64,000 nt of DNA from Ascoidea asiatica JCM 7603 (lineage: Eukaryota > Fungi > Ascomycota), in contig BCKQ01000009.1 in the NCBI GenBank assembly GCA_001600695.1, positions 109,331-173,330 on the forward strand, read 5' to 3'. Positions 12,059 through 25,300 of the stretch are shown piece after piece. Within the stretch, counting starts at the first letter, position 1; each line of letters opens with the position of its first letter. The notes under the pieces are model-generated. The model was not told where the DNA came from. It searched no databases and saw only the letters and a list, made by a program, of their open reading frames with translations. Both the position numbers and the translations under genes were made by a program.

Positions 12059-12249
12059 TTTTAAAATTTATGAAATGATTAGAATAATGATAATGAAGTT
12101 GATAACAATCCTAGGTTATATCCACGATTATATTTCTTTATAATTCTTTCAGTTGATCTATATCTGATTCATCATCTTGAATTCACTGATCCAGATAAGA
12201 GTCCTTTACAAGAGTTGGTGATTTAAAATCTGGTTTCACTCTTTTCTTA

Positions 12250-12370
12250 CAGTGTTTTTGGTGTTTTCTCACTGTCTTATCGGTGACTGGCGCCAGTTGC
12301 CGTAACGCGTTGAGTGTCTCAGATAAAATTGGTCGAAAGATCCGGTATAAGCACGTGATACCCGGAACTG
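12250..12370. promoter_or_regulatory. Bidirectional ATG44/SWD2 promoter island with Cbf1-type E-box and MCB
   Basis: ACGCGT at 12305-12310; CACGTGA at 12352-12358; GC-rich patch between divergent genes. Confidence 0.5.
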
Positions 12371-12586
12371 GGAACAATAAAAACAGTGGAAAGAATGAAA
12401 ACAGTGAATGAAATAAAAGAATGAAATAAAAGAATGAAAGTTTACTGCTGAACAAATACTGGTTTGGAATTATATTTTTATTTCCACCAGCAGAAACAGA
12501 GACAATTTACAAACTAAAGTGCTTTACTGTTAGTTTTAACGTTTGTTACTGTTATTGAAGTAGTTTGAAACTTATTGTCTTTTTAA

Positions 12587-13464
12587 ATGAAGGCTCAGAT
12601 AAATTATGAATTATTGAAATCCTTCGAGGCTTCTAAAGCTTTTCGAAATCAAGTTGAACAAGCTCAAATAACTTCTCTTGATTATGATGATTCTGGTCAA
12701 TTTTTAATGACTGCAGGAACTAATGAAGCAATTGATTTATATGATTGTAAAACTGGAAAATCTATAAAAACTGTATTAAGTAAAAAATATGGTTGTCATT
12801 TAGCTAGATTTACTCATCATCCAGAAAGATCTATATATGTTACAACAAAATCTGGTGAACAAAATGCAATCAGATATCTTTCATTAAATGATAATAAATA
12901 TATAAGATATTTTAAAGGTCATTCAGCTTTAATTAATTCTTTAGAAATGTCACCAATTGATGATGTATTTTTAAGTGGTTCATGGGATAATACTGTTAGA
13001 TTATGGGATTTAAGAAGTTCATTATGTCAAGGTTTAATGAATTGTAAATCTCCAAATTTTATTGCTTTAGACCCAAGTGGTTTAGTTTTTGCAATTGGTA
13101 ATAGTACAACAAAACAAATTGGACTTTATGATTTTAGAAATTATGATCAAGAACCATTTTTAACAGTTAATTTACAAAATGAAGAATCTTCAATATTAAA
13201 TAATGAAATTATTTGGAATAAATTAGAATTTTCAAATGATGGTAAATATATTTTAGTTACAACTGCAAATCATTCTTCTCATTATATTATTGATTCTTTT
13301 GAAGGTAATCTTGTTGGTAGATTAAAAGGTCATGATTTAATACCTCCAAGAAATTTTCCTGATACAGGTTCATGTTCAATTTTACCTGATGGTAGATATG
13401 TTATTGGTGGTTCTGGAAATAAACAAATAATGATTTGGGATTTACAACAAATGAATACAGATTC

Positions 13465-13502
<38 letters not shown>

Positions 13503-13678
13503 GTAATAGTAATGCTTCTGTTTTAAATCCAATAATAAGGTTAAAAAGTGATTATAGTGGTATAGGAATTCCAAGAATGTCATTATTTAATCCCAAATTT
13601 ATGTTATTTGCAACTGCAGATATTGACGTTACAATGTGGACCCCAAATTTAGATGATTCCAAATATATTACTCCTTAA
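12587..13678 (+). CDS. SWD2: WD40 subunit of COMPASS/CPF (WDR82 homolog)
   Basis: SKKYGCHLARFTH, IRYLSLNDNKYIRYFKGH, GSWDNTVRLWDLR, LEFSNDGKYILV, FNPKFMLFATA. Confidence 0.93.
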
Positions 13679-14478
13679 TTATGAATTGGGATTGATATCT
13701 ATTTTATTACTATTCTTATTACTTTTCTTACTACTATTGTTATTATTATTATCATTATTATTATTATTACTATTACTATTTAACCAAAAAAACTAACTAT
13801 TCTCTTTTAGTTTGACCTTCGAAGGGTATTTTATCTGTACAATATTTTTCTTCTATCTATTCTTTTTTCTTTAATAAATTTAATGCATTCGTAATAAATG
13901 ATCAATTCATCTCAAATTTTAATTTTTATCTTTAAAATCAGTGAGTTTGATAAATTTAATTGAAAAATGAATTGAGACCAAAAGTATGGATCCTATCGGT
14001 TAAAGATCTTAAACCTTTTTTATTTATCATTATTTTATCATTTATCTCTCGTTACAACAATTGTAAAGAATTAATGAATGAATGAATGAATGAAATAACA
14101 ATTATTTACGATACTATTCTTTAATGGAAATATTCAAGAGAAGAAATTGTTTCATAACTGTTATTTGGCAATTGATAATTATTCTTTAATAAAGATTTCA
14201 TAAAAGCATTAAAAACTTAAAGAAAACATCTCGAGATTTCAATTTAAAAGCGCGGGTTAATAGGAATAAATTAGTTTAATCTCGAATAGCAATCTAGGTA
14301 ATTGATGATAACGTTTATAAATCGATAATTTTTAAATCTGATGAAATAACTTATCGTAAAATTATTATCACAATTATTATCCTGGATATAAATAAAAGTA
14401 ATTTTTAATTTCTTTATGTTATATATCTTTCTTTGAATATTTACATAATAAAAAAAATTAAAAATCTAGAGTAACACA

Positions 14479-16083
14479 ATGTTTTTAAGATTAAATTGTA
14501 AAAATTTATTAAAATCTAAAATTCTAGTAAATAATTTAAATAAAAACATTAAGAATATAAGAAATATTGGAAATTTTGAAAAAAATTCAGAAATTTTAGA
14601 TGATTTAATTAAAGAAAATAAATTTAATTTAAAAAATCCAAAATTATTAAGAAATAAAGCTTTAATTAATGGAGAATTTGTTGAAAGTTTAAATGGAGAA
14701 AATTTTTCAATAAAAAATCCAGCAACAGATAAAGAAATTTTAAAAATAACAAATTGTGATATTGAAGATTATAAAATTGCAATTGAAAGTTGTAAAAATG
14801 GATTTAAATTAAATAAAAAATTATCAGGTAGAGAAAGATCAAAATTTTTATTATTATTATATGAAAAATTAATTGAAAATAAAGAAGATTTAGGTAAAAT
14901 TTTAACATTAGAAAATGGTAAACCGATTTTAGATTCAATTGGAGAAATTAAATATTCTGCAAGTTTTTTTCAATGGTTTAGTGAAGAATCTCCAAGAATT
15001 TATGGAGATTATATTGAATCAAATAATAAAAATAATAGAATTTTAACAATTAAAGAACCAATTGGAATTTGTGGAATATTAACACCATGGAATTTTCCAT
15101 CAGCAATGATTAGTAGAAAATTAGCAGCAATAATTGGATCAGGATGTAGTTCAATTATTAAACCAGCATCAGAAACTCCATTAAGTGCATTAGCAATTGG
15201 ATATTTATGTGAAGAAATTGGAATACCAAAAGGAATTGTAAATATTTTACCAAGCAATAAAACTTCAAAAATTGGAAAATTTTTATGTGAAAATAAAGAT
15301 ATTAAAAAAATTTCATTTACAGGATCAACAAAAATTGGAAAATTATTAATGGAACAATCATCAAATTCATTAAAAAAATTATCAATGGAATTAGGTGGTA
15401 ATGCACCATTTATAATATTTAAAGATTGTGATATAAATAAAGCAATTGAAGGATTAATTTCAAGTAAATTTAGACAAAGTGGACAAACATGTATATGTGC
15501 AAATAGAATTTATGTTGAAGAAGAAATTTTTGAAGAATTTAATGAAAAATTAATTAATGAAGTTAAAAAATTTAAATTAGGTAATGGATTAGAAAATGGT
15601 ATAAGTCATGGACCATTAATTGGAGAAAAAGCAATTAATAAAATAAATAGATTAGTTAAAGATGCTAAAAATAAAGGATGTAAAGTTTTAATTGGAGGTA
15701 CACCAGCATCATCAATTGGTAAAAATTTTTATTATCCAACAATTTTAACAGATATTAAAAAAGATATGGAGATTTTTAATGAAGAAATATTTGGACCAAT
15801 TGCACCAATTTATAAATTTAAAAGTGAAAAAGAAGTTATTGAAAAAGCTAATGATGTTGAAGTTGGATTAGCAGCATATTTATTTACAAAAGATAATAAT
15901 AGAATTATAAGAATGAGTGAAAGTTTAGAATATGGAATGATTGGAATTAATACTGGACTTATATCAGAAGCTGCAGTTCCATTTGGTGGAGTTAAACATT
16001 CTGGATTTGGTAGAGAAGGATCAAAATATGGATTAGATGATTATCTTACTATTAAAACAGTTGTTCTTGGAGGTCTTGAATAA
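14479..16083 (+). CDS. UGA2: Succinate-semialdehyde dehydrogenase with probable mitochondrial presequence
   Basis: ALDH motifs TPWNFP, FTGST, MELGGNAP, SKFRQSGQTCICANR, EEIFGP, PFGGVKHSGFGREGSKYG (SSADH-type); basic N-terminus MFLRLNCKNLLKSK. Confidence 0.9.
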   Translation: MFLRLNCKNLLKSKILVNNLNKNIKNIRNIGNFEKNSEILDDLIKENKFNLKNPKLLRNKALINGEFVESLNGENFSIKNPATDKEILKITNCDIEDYKIAIESCKNGFKLNKKLSGRERSKFLLLLYEKLIENKEDLGKILTLENGKPILDSIGEIKYSASFFQWFSEESPRIYGDYIESNNKNNRILTIKEPIGICGILTPWNFPSAMISRKLAAIIGSGCSSIIKPASETPLSALAIGYLCEEIGIPKGIVNILPSNKTSKIGKFLCENKDIKKISFTGSTKIGKLLMEQSSNSLKKLSMELGGNAPFIIFKDCDINKAIEGLISSKFRQSGQTCICANRIYVEEEIFEEFNEKLINEVKKFKLGNGLENGISHGPLIGEKAINKINRLVKDAKNKGCKVLIGGTPASSIGKNFYYPTILTDIKKDMEIFNEEIFGPIAPIYKFKSEKEVIEKANDVEVGLAAYLFTKDNNRIIRMSESLEYGMIGINTGLISEAAVPFGGVKHSGFGREGSKYGLDDYLTIKTVVLGGLE

Positions 16084-16299
16084 AACTATCCTTGATATCA
16101 ATTCTTCTGAAGATAATCAACGAAACTAACAAATCCACCAAACAAAGTGTCAAAGAAATGAAAAATTGACTAAATGAAATAATGATGTATTTACAAAGAC
16201 ATTAATAAACAGGGCAAATTGAGTGGAAAAGCAACAGGAAAATCAACTAACATGAAGAAATATCAACAACAAAATTTTGCACTGTAGAAGTAGAAGCAC

Positions 16300-16900
16300 A
16301 ATCGCCACAAGAATTCTCTTTGCCAGCAGAATCTGGTGGCTGTGGGTAAAATGGTGCTGGGCTCAGATCTGGTGGGCTCCTCGGTAAGAGAGGCGAGATT
16401 ACCCAATTTGTTTGATAAGCACCCCCGGGAAGAACATCTCGTGACTTGACTTATGCTAGCTGAGAGAGTAAGACGGCACTGGTTTTGGAGTCCATATTCG
16501 GTGCCGGCCACCGGTCAATGTACCGTAAGTACACCGGAAGTGTACCGAATCTGGGGTGAGTTCCGGCTTTCTTGGGGCTGTTTTGGGCCGCGTGGGCGTC
16601 TTGCAGCGCCCGGATCTCCGGCATGGGTGATATTCAGCGTGTATTGACGCATGTTTTGGCACGTTCTTGCTCGGGTCGACCCCGGCGCCTTTCCCAGATT
16701 GGGCTTGGCTGACCGTGTTTTGGGGTCGTTGGTAGGAATAGGGCACTGCACATACTCTGCTGTCCTGATTAATTCTTTCAAGCTCTCCTCTTTCTTCGCC
16801 AAAACAGCCAAACGAACTTGTCCCTGTACTTCCATGGGCCTGTCCCGTTCTCCTCACAAGTGCCGGGTGAAGGCCAAACGTCTCAGTTCAAGTCTCAGTT
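16300..16900. promoter_or_regulatory. GC/CpG-rich regulatory island upstream of YHM2
   Basis: About 600 bp of high-GC sequence with many CGG/CCG, CCTCGG at 16379-16384 and GTGAC near 16441. Overlapping short ORFs are not credible proteins. Confidence 0.5.
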
Positions 16901-17647
16901 CAGATTTCCAAGAGAATAAAATAAAATAAATTAAAATAAAGGAATTTAAAGGAAATTAAAATGATTGAATTGAAATGAATAAAAATCAACCAACAATTTC
17001 AAAGAAACAAATAAATCAAAACAACAAAAGCAATGCTAAAACAAAAACAATAATAAAAACAAAAATGAAACTAAAACAAAAACAAAAACAAAAAATAAAA
17101 ATAAAAATAAAAACAGAAAATGAACATTTTCATAAATATTCTCCATTTTTTGTTTCATAACATCCTTATTAGTAATTGATTAATGTGTAATGAATGAATA
17201 ATTAATAGCTCATTTAACATAATTTACAAATATTTCCTTCCAATAAACAATATCAACCATGATATTAGTCCCTTTTCTCTTATCCTTGACATTAACTTTG
17301 CCTTACATGTAAATGAGGGCGAAAATGCTCTTGAAATATTTCAAAATAAACATTTTAAAATCTTTATTGAAGTACTCTAATACTAATACCTTTAGAATTC
17401 TTATCCATAATAATTTCAGATCTCTTTATCTCTTCCTCTTTCTTAGCGCTTAGTTTTACTAATAATTTAAATAATCTTATAAATCCTTATTAATCTATTA
17501 CTCTTTTCTTTTCTTTTCTTTTTTCTTTTATTCAATTCAATCCAATTCAATTCAATTCATTGCCTCTTAATATATTTTAATATTTTAATCAAGATTTAAT
17601 CAAGATTAAAAACACTAATACGAATATAATATATTTATAATTTAAAA

Positions 17648-18625
17648 ATGTCAACTATAAATCTAACAACTACTACTACTACTACTACTAGTAATAATAA
17701 TAATTCAAATAAAATTTTTTTAAAAAAGAAAAAAATTAATTGGAGTAATATACTTTTAGGTTCTGTTTTAAATTTAACAGAAGCAACAACTTTAGGTCAA
17801 CCTTTAGAAGTTTTAAAAACTACAATGGCTGCAAATAGATCTTTTGGTTTATTTAAATCTTTAAATTATATTTGGTCAAGAGGTGGTCCAAAAGGTTTTT
17901 ATCAAGGTTTAATACCATGGGCTTGGATTGAAGCTGCTTCAAAAGGTGCTGTATTATTATTTGTTTCAAGTGAAGTTGAATATAGATTTTTATCTTATGG
18001 TTCAAATAATTTTTTAGCTGGTATATCTGGTGGTATGCTTGGTGGTATTGCTCAAGCTTATGCAACTATGGGGTTTTGTACATGTATGAAAACTGCTGAA
18101 GTTACAAGATTAAAATCAAATTCTATTAAAAAATTATCAACTTTTCAATTTTTTATTGAAATTTATAAAAAAAATGGTTTAAAAGGTATTAATAAAGGTG
18201 TTAATGCTGTTGCAATTAGACAATGTACAAATTGGGGTTCAAGATTTGGTTTTTCAAGATTATGTGAAGATTTAATTAAAAAATTTAATAATAAATCAAA
18301 AAATGATAATTTATCATTTAATGAAAAAATCTTAGCTTCTGCAATTGGTGGTGGTTTATCAACTTGGAATCAACCAATTGAAGTTATAAGAATTGAAATG
18401 CAATCTCAAAATCTTAATCCAAATAAACCAAAAAATTTATCAACTTTTGGTACTTTTAAATATATTTATAATCTTAATGGTATAAAAGGTTTATTTAGAG
18501 GTGTAACTCCAAGAATTGGTTTAGGTATTTGGCAAACTATTGTAATGGTTGGTTTTGGTGATTTAGCAAAAGATTATCTTGCAAATTATAATTTAAATAA
18601 AAATCTTATAAAAAATGTAATCTAA
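17648..18625 (+). CDS. YHM2: Mitochondrial citrate/2-oxoglutarate carrier
   Basis: LGQPLEVLKTTMAANR, GFYQGLIPWAWIEA, QAYATMGFCTCMKT, RQCTNWGSRFG, WNQPIEVIRIEMQ. Confidence 0.95.
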   Translation: MSTINLTTTTTTTTSNNNNSNKIFLKKKKINWSNILLGSVLNLTEATTLGQPLEVLKTTMAANRSFGLFKSLNYIWSRGGPKGFYQGLIPWAWIEAASKGAVLLFVSSEVEYRFLSYGSNNFLAGISGGMLGGIAQAYATMGFCTCMKTAEVTRLKSNSIKKLSTFQFFIEIYKKNGLKGINKGVNAVAIRQCTNWGSRFGFSRLCEDLIKKFNNKSKNDNLSFNEKILASAIGGGLSTWNQPIEVIRIEMQSQNLNPNKPKNLSTFGTFKYIYNLNGIKGLFRGVTPRIGLGIWQTIVMVGFGDLAKDYLANYNLNKNLIKNVI

Positions 18626-19036
18626 AAAACTAAACTTATTATTATATCCTATATACTTATAAACTCATGAATTCATTTCTCTTTTCTTTTTTTGTTTTAT
18701 TTTTTCTATCATCTTTTTATTTTTAATGATTCTCTTCATTTTTTTTTATAATTATATACTAATTGTATTATTATTTTATACTTTTCATTATATTATACGG
18801 TATAATATATGTAAGAACCTTATACAACGTATAAATCAGTACTTAATTGAACCTCGGTTAAAAAAAATATTGGAAGAAGATCCATAAAGTTGGCGATAAA
18901 ATATTATTGGCCAGAAAAGTCTAAATTATGTCCTAGAATCTTTCCATAATAGAATGAAAAATATTCATCATTTCTATTTAAATATCTATTCGTTTATCTA
19001 TTTACTTATTATTTACTCATTGTTCCATTAATAATT

Positions 19037-20992
19037 TTAATTTTCTTTTGTTGGCCAGGTTTTATGAACATAAGACTTTAATAATTCAGCAACTGTATCA
19101 CCTCCATAGAATTTAATATCATTATCATTAAATTTTTCAAAATTTGAAACTTGATTTAAACCATAAATTATATATGGTTGTAAAAAATCATAAAATATAA
19201 AATCCATACTTGATTTATTATTATTTTTAATTTCAATTGATTTTATAACATTTGGAGAATTACCAAAATATAATTTATTATGTGGTGTATCATCACCTTT
19301 ACAACCTTTATCATCAATTGTTATATAACCTCTTGTGAGATTTTTATAAATTTCATTTGGATAACAATTATTTTCTGAATTAAATAAATTATGTAAGTTA
19401 TTATTAGGATTGAATGAATTTAAGGAATTATAATTTTCTTTTAAAGAATTTAAATTAATTTTATCAGAATAATATTTTATTGATTGAGGAGTATTAAGAT
19501 TTAATAAATTAATTCCATTTTCATTTTCATTATCATTTCCATTATTAATATCTTGATTATGAAAAAAAATTTTATTTTTAAGAATATAATCTAAATCATT
19601 TAAGAAATTAATTAATTTAATAATTAAATTGAAATCTAAATTTGGTATATATAACCATTTATTTTTAAATGGACTTATAATATACATTGAATCTTTATTA
19701 AAAGGACCTTTATATAAATCATATCTTATTGAACCTGAATTTATTAAAATTACTCTTGAATTTAAATTAATTGAATTTAAAGTTGGTAATATGTTTTTTT
19801 CTAAAAAAGAATATAAATTTTTTGAACTTGGATATGGTTCACCTTCTGATAAATAAGTATTTGGTACATAACCATAAATTTCATCTAAATTTAATTTTTT
19901 TCTAATTTGACTAATTTCTTTTGAAACAGATAAACCTTTTTTAGTATTAAAAGAATCAATTGAATCTATTGAAGATATTGAAGATATATTTAAATGATTT
20001 TTAAAAGAATGTAAATTAAAATCAATATATCTTCTATTAAAAATTGGAATTGAATTAGAATTATTCTTGGATATATTATCAATTGAAAGAAAACCAATAG
20101 TTTCACAATATCTACCACTTTGTAAAGCAGAAGAATATGAATCAAATTGTACAAAATCTCTAACATGAGAATGACCACCAAAATATTGAATTGGTATAAA
20201 TGGATAAAATTTTCTAATTGTTGAATGTAATAATAATAATTCAAAATTATTATTATGTTGAATTGGAATATGACCAATAATTAAAATTATATCAATTTTA
20301 TTTATATTTTCTTTTAAAATATTTAAAAACCAAGAATTTTTAATTTCATCTTTTAATGGTATAATTTTTGCATTATTATTATTTTTTAAATTTTGAAAAT
20401 TGAATAAAAATGAAAATGATAAGATTTTAAAATTATTTTTTTTTGTTTTAATAATTTTATATTTATTACCAAATGGTAATTGATTTAAATTTTCATCAAT
20501 ATAATAAACATTTGAATTTAAATAATTTTTTGGAAATTTTTTTTTATAAACATAATTAAATTCTTGAATTGAATTATTTGATAAATATAATTCATGATTA
20601 CCAATTGATAATAAATCAAAATTTTGTTTTGTGAAAATTGGAATTGAATATTTACCATTTTGAATTGTTGAATCAGATAAACCATTACCATCATGTTTAT
20701 CACCAGTATCAATAATTAATAAATCATTATTTTTATTTTCAATAATTTTTTTAAGATTTAAAGAAAATGATATATAATCACCCCAATCAGCTTGATAATT
20801 TTTTTGATGTAAATGACCTGCATACCAACCATGAGTATCAGTTGTATGAAGAAAATTTAATGAACCGAACTTTAATTTTCTTAAATCTGGAAGAGTATTT
20901 GGATTTATTGAATTTGGTTGTTGATTAATTATTATAGAAGCATTAGAAATAAGAAAAGATTGAAAAAGATATAAAAAAAGAGAAAATAACAT
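19037..20992 (-). CDS. Secreted/vacuolar calcineurin-like metallophosphoesterase, 5'-nucleotidase family (YHR202W-like)
   Basis: Signal peptide; HTTDTHGW, DTGDKHDGNGLSD, GNHELY, GGHSH, SGRYCET, GDDTPH motifs. Confidence 0.88.
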   Translation of the reverse strand: MLFSLFLYLFQSFLISNASIIINQQPNSINPNTLPDLRKLKFGSLNFLHTTDTHGWYAGHLHQKNYQADWGDYISFSLNLKKIIENKNNDLLIIDTGDKHDGNGLSDSTIQNGKYSIPIFTKQNFDLLSIGNHELYLSNNSIQEFNYVYKKKFPKNYLNSNVYYIDENLNQLPFGNKYKIIKTKKNNFKILSFSFLFNFQNLKNNNNAKIIPLKDEIKNSWFLNILKENINKIDIILIIGHIPIQHNNNFELLLLHSTIRKFYPFIPIQYFGGHSHVRDFVQFDSYSSALQSGRYCETIGFLSIDNISKNNSNSIPIFNRRYIDFNLHSFKNHLNISSISSIDSIDSFNTKKGLSVSKEISQIRKKLNLDEIYGYVPNTYLSEGEPYPSSKNLYSFLEKNILPTLNSINLNSRVILINSGSIRYDLYKGPFNKDSMYIISPFKNKWLYIPNLDFNLIIKLINFLNDLDYILKNKIFFHNQDINNGNDNENENGINLLNLNTPQSIKYYSDKINLNSLKENYNSLNSFNPNNNLHNLFNSENNCYPNEIYKNLTRGYITIDDKGCKGDDTPHNKLYFGNSPNVIKSIEIKNNNKSSMDFIFYDFLQPYIIYGLNQVSNFEKFNDNDIKFYGGDTVAELLKSYVHKTWPTKEN

Positions 20993-21267
20993 ATTTTTTG
21001 AGATAACGAAGTCAATAAGAATGAAAGGAGTGTATTCCTCTGGAATCTAAAGAAGGAAATGAGGAAACCAGAAGAAGAACAAGATAATAAGACTTGATAC
21101 CAAAGGAATAACTGTTTCTTTTATATTATTATATTATTATATTAACCTGTATTAACCTCTATTATTTCATTCTTTATTTCATATATTCCTTTAGTCATAC
21201 TTTAATGTTATTGGTTGGTTATTCAGGCTACCACTGCTGTTATGGTTATCGATGGAGCAGCAGCAGA

Positions 21268-21360
21268 GATAAGCTCTTATCAGGAAGAAACACGTGACGG
21301 TGGCAAACTAGCACTAGCCACACAGATATGGTCAACTTCCAAAAGTAGATGTGGCAAATG
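21268..21360. promoter_or_regulatory. Bidirectional promoter with GATA pair, Cbf1 E-box and Rpn4 PACE element
   Basis: GATAAGctCTTATC 21268-21281; CACGTGAC 21291-21298; GGTGGCAAA 21299-21307; GTGGCAAA near 21351. Confidence 0.55.
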
Positions 21361-21589
21361 TAATACTGCTTTGTCGCCAGTTATGAGGATCTCCTACTAG
21401 ATTCAATTTCCAAGCGAGTAGACAATAAAATAATGCGATATTCATTGAAATATAAAGAAGAAATAGAATAAATAATATAGATATACAGCATAAGAACAGA
21501 AATAAAGATAAAGAAGAAGATAAATACAATAATACAATGAAATACATTAATCAAACTAGCTAATTATATATATACTATCCAATACCCTC

Positions 21590-22237
21590 ATGTCTTTTCG
21601 ATCCATGAATATCAACAATTCAAAGTCTCTATCCAACTTAAACCAATCTCAGTCTCACTCCCAACCTCAGTCTCAATTTCCAAATCAAATTCAGATCCAA
21701 TCTCAAAATCAATCTCATTCTCAAAATCAAAATCAAAATCAGTCAAATAGTCATTCACATTCTCATTCTCATTCTCAAAATACAATAATACCTCATAATG
21801 GTGGTTTAATATTAACTTGTGGTTTTCATGAATCAAAATTTTCTAATCAACCAATTTTATTTGATACAAATAGATTTAAATCTCAATTTCCTGAACTTAA
21901 TATAAATTATGGTGATTTAATTCAATTAACTCAATTAGAAAAAATTTATAATAATAAAAATTCAATTAATAATATAAATAATAATACAAATAATAATACA
22001 AATAAAAATGATAATCATGATAATAATAATAATAATAATAATCATTCTTCAAAGTCAACTAATTTAAAACAAAAATATAAACAAATTAATAAAAAATCAA
22101 AATTAGTCTTCATATTGAAAAATTTAAACTCTTTTAATTACAATTCAAATCAAAATTTCAATACAAATACAACTTTCAATTCATCAATTTATAATTCTAA
22201 TTTTAATAATTTCACAAATGATCCTATTGATTCAACA

Positions 22238-22310
<73 letters not shown>

Positions 22311-25300
22311 TAAATAATGTAAAAATTTCAAATATTTATCCAATTTCATTCTTAAATAATAAATCTCAATCTTCAAATAATTTAAATGAAGTTTTAAAAA
22401 TTACAAGAGGTTCTCAAGTTTTTATAAAAAAAATTAAAAAAAATTCATTAAAAAATTTTGAAATAAATTTAGTTGAAATTTATGTAAAAAATATTTTCTT
22501 AAATAGAGGTGATATGTGGAATATATCTTCACATTTAATAAATTCAACAATTTTTAAAAACCAATTAATTAATAATTTTCAAAATAATCAAATTAATCAA
22601 AATAATCAAAATAATTTAATTATTAATAATATTTTTTTAAATTCAAAAAAAAAATTTAGTGGTTTAATTACAAAAAATTCAAAAATTACTTTTAGATCAA
22701 AATCTGCAAAATTAACTTTTTTAATTCAACTTTCAAATGAAATGTTTAATTTTGATGAAACTGGTGAAATTATTTTTCATAAAGTTATAAATTCAATATT
22801 TCCAAAAATTTTAAATCATTGGTCAAAATTAAAAATTAATCATTTAATTACCATAGTTTTATTCACTTCAATTCAATCTCATAATTCAAATTCAAATGAT
22901 TTTCAAAAAAAAGATTATTATAGAGTTGTTGTTGATCAAATTAATGTTATTGATTGGAATAGAGTTATGCATTATTTAAGATATGAATTTGCAAATTTTA
23001 CAAAAGATATTTTATATCAATTAAATTCAAATAATAAATATCATATTCAAGGTAAATTCTTACCAACTATTAAAGGTAATTTATTAGATGCAATAAATTT
23101 AACAACTTGTTTAGTTAATGATTATTTTAAAGATCCTGATTTTAGACATACTACAAATCATTTTATTTTAATAACTCCAGGTTCAGGTTTATTTGATGTT
23201 GATCATGATATTTTTGAAAAAACTTCAAAAAGAATGCTTTCTTTAGAGGTTTCTTTTGATATTATTTGTTTAACTCAAAGACCTTTATATCCAACTCCAT
23301 TATTTAGATATGAACTTAAAGATCAATTAATTCATAGAATTCCAAATTGGGTGGATACTTCATTTTGGGAAGAAGCAAACAATAGTGATGTTACTGGTTA
23401 TCAATTATGGAAACCAAGATGTAAAATTTATGAAATTCAAATGATGGGTCTAATGCAAGATGATTTAAAAAATCTTTCAATAGAATTTACTCCTAAAAAT
23501 ATTAAAAATTCTTCAAAAGAAAAATTAGAATCTGTTATGGATTATATGGAAGAATATGATAAATCAATTTTTGTTGCATCCTCAAAATTAAATTTGAACT
23601 TAAATTCAGAGGAAAATCCAGAATTAGATTCAAACACAAATTTAAAGTCAACTTTACTCCCATCTTCAAACTTAACTTCCAACTTAGATCCCAATTTGAT
23701 CACAAAATTAAATCCAAACCTAAATAAAAACTCAACTTCAAATTTGGTTCCAAATTTGCCTTCAAACTCAGATCTAAGCTTAACATCAATCTTGGATTCA
23801 AACCTTAATTCAAATTTAATTACAGACTTTTCTTCAACCCAAGCTTTAAAATCTCCTTTAAATTCGACTTTAAATTCAGTTTTAAACTCAACTATAAACT
23901 CAACTTCAAATTCAGCTTCAAATTCAACTTCAAATTCAGTCTCAAATTCAGTCTCAAATTCAGTCTCAAATTCAGTTTCTAACTCAACTTCAAATTCAAC
24001 TTATAATTTAAATTTTAACTCAATTAGTAAAAAATTATTAGACCGAAATCTTACCAATACTATTCCTGCACAAGATGTGCAAAATAAAAACCGATGGGTT
24101 TCAAATGCTCAATCAATTGGTTCAATCAAAAGTAATAGTAGTCTTGGTACTCTTTATCGAAATACTTTTCCTATGCATTTGATTAATAATGGTAGTTCTC
24201 TTCCATTTTTATCTACTGTTACTATTCCAATTACTGCAGAAACAAAAAAACATGCTCAAAGTGAAATTAAGAAATTAAATCTCAGAGCTTATCCTTCTTT
24301 GAAAAAGTTGGTAACGCCTAAAGAGAAAAAAATTCCAGAATTATCTCCTGCGCCTTCATTGAAATCAAATAATGGTAAGAAAAGAAATTTTAATAAAAAC
24401 TCGGGTAAAGACGGCTTTACTTTTGATCCAAACACACCAATTTCTGAAGAATTTCTTGGCGTAGTGAAATCTGGAACATCAAGTCATCTGTCAAGAATAA
24501 AGTCAGTTAATTCCTATAATTTACGTAACCGTAGAGATTTTATGAGAAAGCCTCAAATTAATTATGCTAGTTCTGTATCAAATGATACCAGACATTCAAA
24601 GACTAGAAAAAGAGAAATTATAGATGAAGCTAATTTGAATAAAAATTCAGAATTTGTAGATTCTTCCATAGCTTCAACAGTTAAATTCAATCCAGAGCCA
24701 TCTCTGAGTACTTCATTTGACTATTTAGGTCAGTTGGTGGAGAATCCAGCAGAAAAGGTTGCAACTGCTGGAGATACTATAGGTATTGTTGGATCAGGTA
24801 AATGGGCAAATGTATTTCCTAAAAATCTGGTAAAACTTAACAGAGAATTAATCAAATGGAAATCTTTATCAACACCAGCAGCTTTACCTATAATAACTGA
24901 TATTTTTCCTTCATTTAAAGCTTTGAATTTTGAGTATGATAATCATCCATATGAAATTTATCCAAATAACAATAAAATGACATGTAGTGATTTAATGCAT
25001 GAAATGATTTATGTTAGGCTTTCTTTAGGTTTTCAAATTTGTGAAGGACCTGAAGTTATAAAGGCAGAAAAAAAAAATGGTGGAAAACCAGAATTTTTAT
25101 TAAAATATGGAAATGAAATTTTTCCAGGTTGTACAGCTTATTTATCATTTGATAAAGAAATTCACAGAATATTTTATGATTATTGTCAAAATATATTTGT
25201 TAAGGCATATAGAAAACGAGATAAAGAAAAAGAAAAAATTCTTGGTCAAGAAGAAATTTTTACATATACTCCATTTATAAGAACTAGATATGCTGAGAGT

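Noticed and set aside
16263-16929. Cluster of overlapping 60-133 aa ORFs (similar ones at 6275-6672, 27863-28385 and 47827-48299)
   Set aside because: They arise from stop-codon scarcity in GC islands; codon usage is unlike real genes and there are no motifs.
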